Of a DNA stretch of 46,077 nt, positions 9,509 to 17,685 are shown piece after piece. Location of the stretch: contig JBMSQQ010000015.1 in NCBI GenBank assembly GCA_049423385.1, forward strand, positions 1 through 46,077, written 5' to 3'. The DNA is from Silvanigrellaceae bacterium. GTDB taxonomy: Bacteria; Bdellovibrionota_B; Oligoflexia; Silvanigrellales; Silvanigrellaceae. Position numbers and translations under genes: made by a program. Position 1 is the first letter of the stretch; every line of letters starts with the position of its first letter. Under the pieces are notes generated by a model, which was not told where the DNA came from, ran no database searches, and saw nothing but the letters and a program-made list of their open reading frames with translations.

Positions 9509-9582
9509 TGGCTGGGGAACTAGGACTCGAACCTAGACTAACGGAGTCAGAATCCGTCGTCCTGCCATTAGACGATTCCCCA
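9509..9582 (-). tRNA. tRNA-Gln (anticodon CTG), CCA encoded
   Basis: Minus strand TGGGGAATCGTCTAATGGCAGGACG-ACGGA-TTCTGAC-TCCGT-TAGT-CTAGG-TTCGAGT-CCTAG-TTCCCCAGCCA folds as a full cloverleaf. Confidence 0.97.
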
Positions 9583-9602
9583 AGGAAAAGGCAGAGATGA
9601 CT

Positions 9603-9631
9603 TTGATAACCGAGCGGATTTCGCTTGGCAA
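9603..9631 (-). promoter_or_regulatory. Putative sigma70-type promoter of tRNA-Gln
   Basis: Minus strand TTGCCA-17 nt-TATCAA, ending 20 nt upstream of the tRNA. Confidence 0.5.
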
Positions 9632-9648
9632 GAGGCGGAAGCTGGATT

Positions 9649-11076
9649 TCAGAGTCCTGCCCTGTCCAGAAGATTGTTCAATCTTTCCGTTGCCTCACGG
9701 CGGGCTGCCTTGTAATCGGATGAGCCCAGGACAGACCTCCGCACATCACCGATGGTGCCACGCCATCGGCCCAGGGTCATCAGACCCTTCAATGCGGGTT
9801 GAATATCGCTGAAAATCATTGAATGCAGCGGAGCATGCCCGGGCCAAAACACAGGATCTTCCCAATTCCAGACAACAAGATTCGCCAGGGATCCTGGCGC
9901 AAGACCCCGTGAACGTTCCCCCGCGATGGGTCCGTTTGCACAGCCAAAGAACAGAGCATTCAAAATCATTTCTTCAGAAATTGTGCGTTGTGCCTCGTCA
10001 CAGAGTGTGTGTCGCAGGGCATTGAGGCCTTGGGCCTGAATGGTGCTGGGCGCTCGCCTGAATTCGTTGAATTCGAGCGAATGTGAAATCGATGCCATGG
10101 GCCAGGTTGCCAGAGTTCGCATTTCCGCCTGGACGCGCAATGAATCGTTGCTGGCGGCGCAGTCGGTGCCGACAGCCCAGTTCAAGTTGTTTCGCCACCA
10201 GTCGAGGTAGGCCGCCGGGAACTGAAAGATGAGTTGGGAATGTGGACATGCGACAAGTCGCACATCCGGTGATTTGCAGTGGGCCAGATCTTTCTGGCTC
10301 ACATAGATCATGTGAACAAGATGTTTGATCGATCGGCTCTCAAAAACACCAGCACGACGCAAAAAATCAACAGGCGTGCAGCCGTATTGGCTTTGAATTC
10401 TGTTGAATTCCTCGGGAGACTGGGCAACATGACAGTGAATCGGCAAGTTGAGGTTTTCACCCAAATCAAGAATCTTGCGCCAGAGTTCTTCACTGACGGT
10501 GTCGGTGGCGTGGGGACCCATTGCCGCAGTGATTCCAAGTTGAGCATGGTACTCGCTGCCCTGAAGCGCTTGAGTAAATGCCAGGTTGGTTTCCCAGTCG
10601 CTTTTTCCGGGTCCGGAGATGTCCTGCAGTGTTGCAGCCACCGTGCCCGTCAGACCCACTTGTATCATCGCATCGGCGACGGCATCTCCGTGGTAATAGT
10701 GATCCCAAACTGCTGTCGTGCCCGACAGCAGGCATTCATAGGCACCCACACGTGAAAATGCGCCAACATCTGCCGGAGTGATCTTCTCCTCAAGCTTGAA
10801 AAAAACATCCTCGACAAGGTTTCCGGATGCCTGACCAGATTTTCCCGTGCGTCCTCTGATGAATCCAAGTGCCAGATGTGTGTGGGAGTCGACAAACCCG
10901 GGGGTGACCAGATCGTCACCGAACCAGTGTGATGTGGCTGTGATTTGTTCTGCGTTTGGATGCGTCTTTATTCCGCGAATTGTTGTTCCGTCGATCTGGA
11001 CTATGGCGGGCTCAAGACTCCAACCTTTTTCCCCTGAATGAAGCAGTACCCGCTTGGATCCAACGCTCACCGGCAT
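9649..11076 (-). CDS. Amidohydrolase-family metal-dependent hydrolase (MtaD/GuaD/AtzA-like clade)
   Basis: PGFVDSHTHL, GTT, PHATDT, HCHVAQ, VH, GTDCAASND, LAPGSLANLVV. Confidence 0.88.
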   Translation of the reverse strand: MPVSVGSKRVLLHSGEKGWSLEPAIVQIDGTTIRGIKTHPNAEQITATSHWFGDDLVTPGFVDSHTHLALGFIRGRTGKSGQASGNLVEDVFFKLEEKITPADVGAFSRVGAYECLLSGTTAVWDHYYHGDAVADAMIQVGLTGTVAATLQDISGPGKSDWETNLAFTQALQGSEYHAQLGITAAMGPHATDTVSEELWRKILDLGENLNLPIHCHVAQSPEEFNRIQSQYGCTPVDFLRRAGVFESRSIKHLVHMIYVSQKDLAHCKSPDVRLVACPHSQLIFQFPAAYLDWWRNNLNWAVGTDCAASNDSLRVQAEMRTLATWPMASISHSLEFNEFRRAPSTIQAQGLNALRHTLCDEAQRTISEEMILNALFFGCANGPIAGERSRGLAPGSLANLVVWNWEDPVFWPGHAPLHSMIFSDIQPALKGLMTLGRWRGTIGDVRRSVLGSSDYKAARREATERLNNLLDRAGL

Positions 11077-11141
11077 GTTTTCATCTCTCCCAAGTATGCG
11101 TTACTATACTGGCGTGATTTTTGATCGGGGAGAAGCTTTTT

Positions 11142-12953
11142 ATGTCAGATAATACAACAATGCTGCGCAGGGTTGGTCCTGCCGGGAGAATTTCGCTTCT
11201 TGCGGTCGTGGGTGCCTGCCTTTCGCCCTTGTCTTGTGTCAGCAAAAAGATGCCCACAGATTCGTCTCAGGGTGGAAGCGTCAATCCCGCTCTCGATAGT
11301 TTGCACAAGACGATTATCAATGGTGGTCCGGTGCTTGCCCGTGCGGAGGCGGGCCAAGGTTTGCTGTGGTTTCCTTTTGTCTGGAGCCCGATACTCGGCG
11401 GTCTCGACAAGTCTTCCGGCGTGAATGCGGTCGATACACTTTATTTCCAGCAGCCCAGACTGGTGCTTAAAAACTCCGCGACCAAGGCAGAGATTCTTGT
11501 TGATCTCCGCGAGGAGAACGGTTCTGAAAATCGTCGATTCCAAATCTCCCAGTCCGAGCCTCAAAAAATGCTTCGATTCTATTTCCCGCGGTTCATTGCG
11601 CTCAGTCAAGGCGATTACACAATTGAGGGCATCCGCACGGAGATCAGCACATCGGCTCAAGAGCGCGGTACGCTGGTGAGCATGCCCTTCGTCAATCCGT
11701 TCCAGAGCGCATCGGCCAAACCGTTGCAACTCAAGATTCGCGAAGGTCGTGTTGCAATGGTTGCGCGCGTCGTGCAGACCACGTCCATTGCCGAAACGGT
11801 TCAGGGCTTGAGCCTGAAAACCACTTCAGAAAATCTTGACAGCGATGTTGTTCCTGTGGGCCTTGTCTTGAAACAGCTGGGCAAATACTCAGCAGATGCT
11901 CTGGCAACTTTGGCCACTGCCTCGGATGATTTTCCCCGCACCCGATTGGATTTGACAGATCTCACTGGCAACACGGTTCAATTTGGTGATCAGGTGGCAC
12001 GTGTCGGCTTTGTGGTCGATGCTCCATGTGAATCCAAGGGGAGTGTAAGGCTCGTCTGGAAACGTCAAAATGACGATCGCGAGTATCTGACGCAATTTCC
12101 AATCACCGAAGCCAAGACGGATTGTAAAGACAAACATTCTTTTGGTTTCAAGTTCACGGTGCCTGCCGGTGACTGGGTTTTGAAATCTACGATGCTTTCT
12201 CCCGCGGGAACATTCCAGCCGCAAATTCAAACGTCTTGGCTCAAGTCGCCCAGTCTTTTGTTGAAAGAATATTTTTCGCTCGAGGAACCTCAGTTCCAGT
12301 GGACCATGGAAACCCACAAGGAACGCGAAATTCGCAAGGCATTGGTCATTCCGGTTGACTCTGCAAGCCGTCGTTTTGCAGAGCTGCGCCGAAGCAAGGA
12401 CGTTTATCGTGCGAATTCACTCAGCCAAAACTCGGATATTCTTTTTCTGGGGCATTTTGACATCCGGACAAGCGAAGCCAAAAATGACAAGGTGGCGATT
12501 TGGGATTTTGTCTTGAAGTCGAGTTTTGATTTGACACGTGCGCAGGACTTGTTGGGCGCTAAAGATGTCTTCAATGCCTACACGCTCGAGAGGCTCAATT
12601 ATGGCCGTTCCAACAATGCAAGCATCGTGTTGCGAACCGCTGCCGACAAGGACGACAGGCCAAGCGTCGCACCTGTTGCGGCCGAGCTTCAGGGCGAAGC
12701 AAAAAAGGCATATTCATCCTGCGTGAAAGAACGCGAAGAGACCGATCCTCTGGTGAATCTGGCAGGACTTTTGCAGTTCACGGTTCTCAAGGGGAGTGAC
12801 AGTGTCAATTTGAAGAGCCAACGAGCATCAGGTGATGCGATTGTGGAAAATTGGCTGGAGTTGTGCATGAAGAAAAAATTCATCGGATTCCGTTTTTCCA
12901 GAAAGGCACCGGTGAATTTTCAGGGTGAACTCAAGTTTGGCAAAGAAAACTGA
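11142..12953 (+). CDS. Hypothetical lipoprotein, possibly with a C-terminal AgmX/PglI (TonB-C-like) domain
   Basis: About 600-aa ORF with GGGGAG RBS before ATG 11142, a basic plus hydrophobic N-terminus ending LSPLSC, and a two-Cys C-terminal module. Confidence 0.75.
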   Translation: MSDNTTMLRRVGPAGRISLLAVVGACLSPLSCVSKKMPTDSSQGGSVNPALDSLHKTIINGGPVLARAEAGQGLLWFPFVWSPILGGLDKSSGVNAVDTLYFQQPRLVLKNSATKAEILVDLREENGSENRRFQISQSEPQKMLRFYFPRFIALSQGDYTIEGIRTEISTSAQERGTLVSMPFVNPFQSASAKPLQLKIREGRVAMVARVVQTTSIAETVQGLSLKTTSENLDSDVVPVGLVLKQLGKYSADALATLATASDDFPRTRLDLTDLTGNTVQFGDQVARVGFVVDAPCESKGSVRLVWKRQNDDREYLTQFPITEAKTDCKDKHSFGFKFTVPAGDWVLKSTMLSPAGTFQPQIQTSWLKSPSLLLKEYFSLEEPQFQWTMETHKEREIRKALVIPVDSASRRFAELRRSKDVYRANSLSQNSDILFLGHFDIRTSEAKNDKVAIWDFVLKSSFDLTRAQDLLGAKDVFNAYTLERLNYGRSNNASIVLRTAADKDDRPSVAPVAAELQGEAKKAYSSCVKEREETDPLVNLAGLLQFTVLKGSDSVNLKSQRASGDAIVENWLELCMKKKFIGFRFSRKAPVNFQGELKFGKEN

Positions 12954-12956
12954 GAG

Positions 12957-13006
12957 CAGATGAAAGCCAGTTTCAGATGAAAGCCAGTTTCAGGTGAATG
13001 CCAGTT
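12957..13006. repeat. Tandem 17-bp repeat, about 3 copies
   Basis: CAGATGAAAGCCAGTTT at 12957-12973 and 12974-12990 (identical), then CAGGTGAATGCCAGTT at 12991-13006. Confidence 0.9.
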
Positions 13007-13014
13007 GGACCCGC

Positions 13015-13584
13015 TCAACTCGCTTTGGGCGGGTTTTGCTCATTTGGCGGATCACTGACCACCACAACACCGTCTTCGAAATCGCGCAGACGCTCATCCA
13101 GGCTGTCCATGCCTTGTGAGGGTGAGCTGTGAGCAGGCACACCATGTCGTTTCTGAAGTTCGCCGGCGAGCGCGTTCAATTCCGAGACAAAGTTTTGAAA
13201 ATCGTCGCGCTCGCGGATATTGATCCGAACCGCATAATTTCCGCGCTTGAGTTCCGAGACGAAACGCATCATCGAGATCATTGGGCCGTACATGCGATGC
13301 GTGCGGCGGACGACAACGAACAAGGTTGTCCCGATAAAAGCAAGAAGCGCAAGCGAGATTTTCAACTTGTGCTTGAGAAAAACGTTGTTCTCCAAAAGCT
13401 CGCTCATGTCGGCAACCTGAAAGATGCCTTTGACCTGCTCGTATTGCTCGCTGAATGCATCAAGGAAAAGATACGCAAAGATACCGGCAAAAGTTAATGA
13501 AACAGAGACAACGTGGAGACCGAACCGTATTTGCTTGAACGGCTCAACAAGATAGGCTCTCAGTGTACGTCTTTTTGCGCGCAT
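13015..13584 (-). CDS. Two-TM membrane protein with a HAMP-like domain and no output domain
   Basis: RR..YLV.PFKQIRFG N-terminus, two hydrophobic helices, THRMYGP...LKRGNYAVRINIRERDDFQNFVSELNAL. Confidence 0.8.
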   Translation of the reverse strand: MRAKRRTLRAYLVEPFKQIRFGLHVVSVSLTFAGIFAYLFLDAFSEQYEQVKGIFQVADMSELLENNVFLKHKLKISLALLAFIGTTLFVVVRRTHRMYGPMISMMRFVSELKRGNYAVRINIRERDDFQNFVSELNALAGELQKRHGVPAHSSPSQGMDSLDERLRDFEDGVVVVSDPPNEQNPPKAS

Positions 13585-13640
13585 CTTTAATATACTCCCA
13601 CACAGGGCCCAGGCACTTCGGGGTGAACGGAGCGTGAGTC

Positions 13641-14438
13641 ATGTCAGAACCGGTAAAACTAGGTTACCGCATCTTTCGATTTCGTGGAGCAGGGGAGGCA
13701 CTGAAATTCCCTGTTGTTTTGCTCCGGGGTCTGGGTAGATCGTCAGGATTTTGGCTCGAGTTTGCCGAAAAGCTTTCAGAGCACGCACAGGTGGTCTGTA
13801 TCGACCTGCTGGGCACAGGCCTTTCGGCATCAAAGTGGGGCAGGGGGAGTATTTCGGGCTTTGCCTCGGATGTTGCCTTCACGCTCGAGTCGTTGGGATT
13901 CAAGCAAGTTCACCTTGTGGGAATCAGTCTGGGCGGCATGGTGGCCATCGAGGTCGGTGCCCGCAGTGAAGTTGTTGCCAAGCTTGCAGTGCTTGCTTCG
14001 TCTTCTCGTGGCGGCAACGAAAAGCGCATCGAGAGCGAGGCACTTTTCAGATTGCTGTGGTCTTTGCGCAAGGGAACACCTGCCAATGCAGAACTCGCTC
14101 CGTTTTTGGTGTCGCAAGAGACACTAAAGTCGAGACCAGAATTGCCAGCAATTTGGGATGAACTGTGGCAGAGGGAAGGATTCCGCACGCTACCGGTTCT
14201 GCGGCAACTCCTCGCGGCGGCACTGTTTGACGCTGGGCCTGCGTTGGCCACAATGGCCAAGCCAATCATGTTCATGGTTTCCAAAGCCGACGCTCTCGTG
14301 CCTTGGCGAAACACGGTTGCGCTCTGTGAAAAATCAAAGAATTGTGAGCTGGTTGTTCTGGAAGGCTACGGTCATGATTTTCCAACAGAGGCACCAGATT
14401 TGGTGATAGGTCATCTCCTGGAGTTTTTTTCCCGCTAG
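13641..14438 (+). CDS. Alpha/beta-fold hydrolase
   Basis: LLRGLG, DLLGTGLS, nucleophile GISLGG, DALVP, GHD. Confidence 0.9.
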   Translation: MSEPVKLGYRIFRFRGAGEALKFPVVLLRGLGRSSGFWLEFAEKLSEHAQVVCIDLLGTGLSASKWGRGSISGFASDVAFTLESLGFKQVHLVGISLGGMVAIEVGARSEVVAKLAVLASSSRGGNEKRIESEALFRLLWSLRKGTPANAELAPFLVSQETLKSRPELPAIWDELWQREGFRTLPVLRQLLAAALFDAGPALATMAKPIMFMVSKADALVPWRNTVALCEKSKNCELVVLEGYGHDFPTEAPDLVIGHLLEFFSR

Positions 14439-14444
14439 TTTTTT

Positions 14445-14831
14445 TCAGGAAGGCCGATGCGCAATGCACTCGATTTCAACGAGAACATCGCGTGGCAAAC
14501 GCGCGACTTCCACTGTCGATCGTGCTGGCTTGTTCGTGCTGAAAAATTCTTCGTAGATTTTGTTCATGGCCTGAAAGTCGTTGAAGTTCTTTAAAAACAC
14601 AGTTGTCTTGACAACGTGCTCCTGGCTTGAGCCTGCGGCTTTCAGCACGCCATCCAAATTCTTCAGAACTTGAGCTGTTTGTGCTTCAACTTCTGTGCCA
14701 ACGATCTGCATTGTTTGAGGGTCGAGGGGAATTTGACCAGAGCAGAAAATCATGTCCCCCAGGAGGATGGCCTGGGAATAAGGACCAATGGCTTTGGGTG
14801 CGTTTTCTGTGTGAATCACGGATTTTTTCAT
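14445..14831 (-). CDS. ridA: RidA/YjgF/UK114-family enamine deaminase
   Basis: APKAIGPYSQA, SGQIPLDP, VKTTVFL, PARSTVEVARLP, VEIECIA. Confidence 0.95.
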   Translation of the reverse strand: MKKSVIHTENAPKAIGPYSQAILLGDMIFCSGQIPLDPQTMQIVGTEVEAQTAQVLKNLDGVLKAAGSSQEHVVKTTVFLKNFNDFQAMNKIYEEFFSTNKPARSTVEVARLPRDVLVEIECIAHRPS

Positions 14832-14872
14832 GGCAAGACCTTTTCAGTGGTTTGAAAAAAGCTCTGCCTGGC

Positions 14873-15658
14873 TTATCCGACTTCACCGATCTTCTGAGCC
14901 GACAATTGCATCGTGTTGTCGTACGATTTGACTGCTTTCTGCAGAGCTTCATATGTTCGATGTGCAATTATCATGTTCGTCATGTTTTTCATAGGATTCA
15001 CGTTGCTGTTTTCGATAAATCCCTGGGTCGTTTCTCCCTTGTGCGCCACGATATTCTCAGGTGGTCCGTCGTGGACAAAGAGGTTGTCTCCGAGTCTTTG
15101 CAGAAGCTTGTTGTCATTGAAGGCAACCACCTTGATTTTGTCGATGAACTTGTCGCCGTTGTACACCTCGCCATCCGGCAAAACGCGCATCTGCCCTTCG
15201 CTGAGTCCTGTGATGGGCCCTTTTTCGCCGACTACGGAAGCGCCGTTTTTTGTCACGAGAGTGCCGTCTGGTGTGAGAGCAAAGCTGCCATCGCGGGTGT
15301 AGCGTTCGCCAAAGGGAGTGTTTATTGCAAAGAAGCCATTCCCCTGGATTGCCAAATCCGTGTTTGTACCGGTGCGCTTGAGGCCACCTTGAATGTGGCT
15401 CGTTTCAACGTTGGCGAGGGTGACGTAGCCCATTTCGTTGCCATGCAGCGGATACAGGTCGCGCATGTCCAGCTTGAATTGCGCTGGTGGGAGCTCGCTG
15501 GAATATGATTTCCACGGATTTGCTTCGAGTGCCGAGAATGTGACCTGTTCTTCCTTGAAACCGGTGGTGTTCATGTTGGCAACGTTGTTTGCCAAAACTT
15601 CCAGGACACGTTCCTGAACGATGCCACCCGACAGAGGAGCGAAAATATTCTTCAGCAT
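14873..15658 (-). CDS. flgF: Flagellar basal-body rod protein (FlgF/FlgG family, most like FlgF)
   Basis: ANNVANMNTTGFK, TGTNTDLAIQGNGFF, YTRDGSF, QGFIENSNVN, MIIAHRTYE. Confidence 0.88.
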   Translation of the reverse strand: MLKNIFAPLSGGIVQERVLEVLANNVANMNTTGFKEEQVTFSALEANPWKSYSSELPPAQFKLDMRDLYPLHGNEMGYVTLANVETSHIQGGLKRTGTNTDLAIQGNGFFAINTPFGERYTRDGSFALTPDGTLVTKNGASVVGEKGPITGLSEGQMRVLPDGEVYNGDKFIDKIKVVAFNDNKLLQRLGDNLFVHDGPPENIVAHKGETTQGFIENSNVNPMKNMTNMIIAHRTYEALQKAVKSYDNTMQLSAQKIGEVG

Positions 15659-15709
15659 GTCCGATGCCCTCTTTTGCAGAAGGGTGCTGAAGTCTCCCTG
15701 TCAGCGCCC

Positions 15710-17662
15710 TCACAGCTGCAAGTTTAACACCAGATTTTCATGACCTTGGGGGATAATAATTTCCCGTTTGCCAAGGATGCTGCCATTCACCAGGGAACTT
15801 ATGACCAACTCATAGGAGCCTGGGACAAGTCTGACTGTCCGGTTTGACCCCACGCTGATTTGAAATTCCATTTCTGTCTGGAGGATATCTCGACGGAAAG
15901 ATTCAAGTTCACTTTGAGCCGCAGTCGTCAGTTCTCCCGGCGCACGCAGGACAATTTCGCGGCAGGCAGGATTTGCCGATGCACGTCGGGCAAACTGGCG
16001 GATGAGCTGGACCCGTGTCGATTCGTCCCAGACGCCCCGAACAATGGTTGAACTGAACAAATCATTGGGGCTGTTGCCAAGGTCAAGACCGATGCGTCCC
16101 TGATAACTTTCACACAATGGCGAGAGAGTTTGAAAGTCTCCCTTCGCAAATGATTGTCCGTTGACAAATTCAAATGGCGGAATGGATGTTTGCTTTGCTG
16201 TCGTCTTCAGCACCGGACTCTGTTGGGAAGTCTGGTTCAAGGCAACTTTCAAAGGCTGAGTCAGCACCGTCGGCAAACTCACATGGCTCGATGGCTTCAG
16301 TGGTTGATTGCCCGCACTTTCCACCTGATGACGCATCAGCAAACGGCCCGAACGAAGCATACCCTTCACGACAGAGCCTCGGGCCATGCTTTTGGCACCC
16401 ATTTTCACAGAGACGTTGACCTTCTGGGAGTCTTCAATGGCCAGAACCTGGCTGAGCTCTTCGCTGGTCTGACTGAGCATGTTTGAAATGATTTTTGCCC
16501 ATTGCCATTTCTTGGCATCATCGGCCAGGACTTCAAGCTCGGGTGAATTGACCAGAGAGCGCGGCAATTCTCGGTGGTCTTCTGCAAGGCTGTTGCGAAC
16601 AACCCAGCCGATTTGCATCAATACCTGTTCGGCCGAGAGTCTGCGTGATTGTCCCATTGCAAGCTCGAATGTGATTCGATCACTCAGCTTTGCAAAATTG
16701 AACAGCTTGCGATGGAACAGATAAGGAAGTTGTGGGAAATCCTTCCGGATCAGTTTCTCTGATGACTTGGAGAATTGAACCGCCCTGATTGCAATGCTCT
16801 GCAGTGTGCGCAAATCATCCTGAATGGTCGCCGGATTGCTGAACCAGGCCAGTTCCAGAGGGGTTTGCGACATTTGGCTTGGCAGCGATTCGATCATGTC
16901 TGCGCTGTCCCTGACGAACTGCAGTGAAGTTCCACCAAACCAGGGCAAATTCAATTCGTCAGCGACACCGTCCGTTGCATATTTGACAGAAAGATCCGCT
17001 GTGGAAATCGCCAGACCATTCAGTGGATTCAAAATGACCGGATCACTGGAATTGTCGGTTTTCTTGAACGCGTAGAACGGCAGACTGAAACGAATATTTT
17101 TGTCTGTCGATGAAATTTTCGTCTTGCCCGTGCTTGGCCGCAAGCCAAGACGCAGAAGGTGTTCTTCAGGATTTCCCTTCGTCACTTTGAGAATATCTGC
17201 GGAGTCTTTTCTCCATTCACTCTCTGAGTTGAACACCACCGAATCCAGATGCTGAACGGAAATGCTCTGGTCTGCCTTGGCGAGGATTCCATTTTCACTA
17301 TGTCCGGTCATTTTGATATTCGAGAGAAGTGGAGCGTAGCCAAGTCGGTGGGCGATCTTGAGCTCGAGCACCAAATCCTGTGATGGTTCGGTGGAGCTCC
17401 TTCCGACAACCGCACTTCCCAATAAAATTCCTTGGACCAACACCCTGTAGTAGGTGACATTGCTGAAACCTGAAGGAGCCTTCACGACGGGTGACTCGGG
17501 CTGGGGATTGCCGATTGCGAGTGCAACCAGGCCGGGAGCTGGAAATGCGCCGCGAACGGAATTTCCGCTCGAATTGCTGCAAGCCCCGCAGATCGATAGA
17601 AGGGTCGATGCCAGAAGGATTGACGTCAGTGTTCTTTGGTCCTTCATGCAGAGATTCCTCAT
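15710..17662 (-). CDS. Hypothetical lipoprotein (start 17662 or 17647)
   Basis: 650-aa ORF; signal peptide with lipobox-like LLSICGAC followed by a Ser-rich tether. Confidence 0.75.
   Translation of the reverse strand: MRNLCMKDQRTLTSILLASTLLSICGACSNSSGNSVRGAFPAPGLVALAIGNPQPESPVVKAPSGFSNVTYYRVLVQGILLGSAVVGRSSTEPSQDLVLELKIAHRLGYAPLLSNIKMTGHSENGILAKADQSISVQHLDSVVFNSESEWRKDSADILKVTKGNPEEHLLRLGLRPSTGKTKISSTDKNIRFSLPFYAFKKTDNSSDPVILNPLNGLAISTADLSVKYATDGVADELNLPWFGGTSLQFVRDSADMIESLPSQMSQTPLELAWFSNPATIQDDLRTLQSIAIRAVQFSKSSEKLIRKDFPQLPYLFHRKLFNFAKLSDRITFELAMGQSRRLSAEQVLMQIGWVVRNSLAEDHRELPRSLVNSPELEVLADDAKKWQWAKIISNMLSQTSEELSQVLAIEDSQKVNVSVKMGAKSMARGSVVKGMLRSGRLLMRHQVESAGNQPLKPSSHVSLPTVLTQPLKVALNQTSQQSPVLKTTAKQTSIPPFEFVNGQSFAKGDFQTLSPLCESYQGRIGLDLGNSPNDLFSSTIVRGVWDESTRVQLIRQFARRASANPACREIVLRAPGELTTAAQSELESFRRDILQTEMEFQISVGSNRTVRLVPGSYELVISSLVNGSILGKREIIIPQGHENLVLNLQL
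17504..17536 (-). repeat. 33-bp imperfect inverted repeat, copy 1 (encodes PGLVALAIGNP)
   Basis: Minus strand CCCGGCCTGGTTGCACTCGCAATCGGCAATCCC; 28/33 identical to 19717-19749. Confidence 0.7.
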
Positions 17663-17685
17663 CGTCCCTTGAGAGGTTGCGAATC

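Noticed and set aside
4121..9582. URC cluster as a genomic island integrated at the tRNA-Gln 3' end
   Set aside because: No integrase, no duplicated tRNA 3' end found by eye, and no obvious composition shift. An ancient insertion cannot be excluded.
12957..13006. Possible mini-CRISPR array
   Set aside because: The units are 17 bp, directly adjacent with no spacers, and there are no cas genes.
17491..17685. Longest-ORF start for the receptor, or an upstream cobalamin riboswitch
   Set aside because: The region is coding for the divergent lipoprotein; an RBS supports ATG 17686; I recognised no riboswitch consensus.
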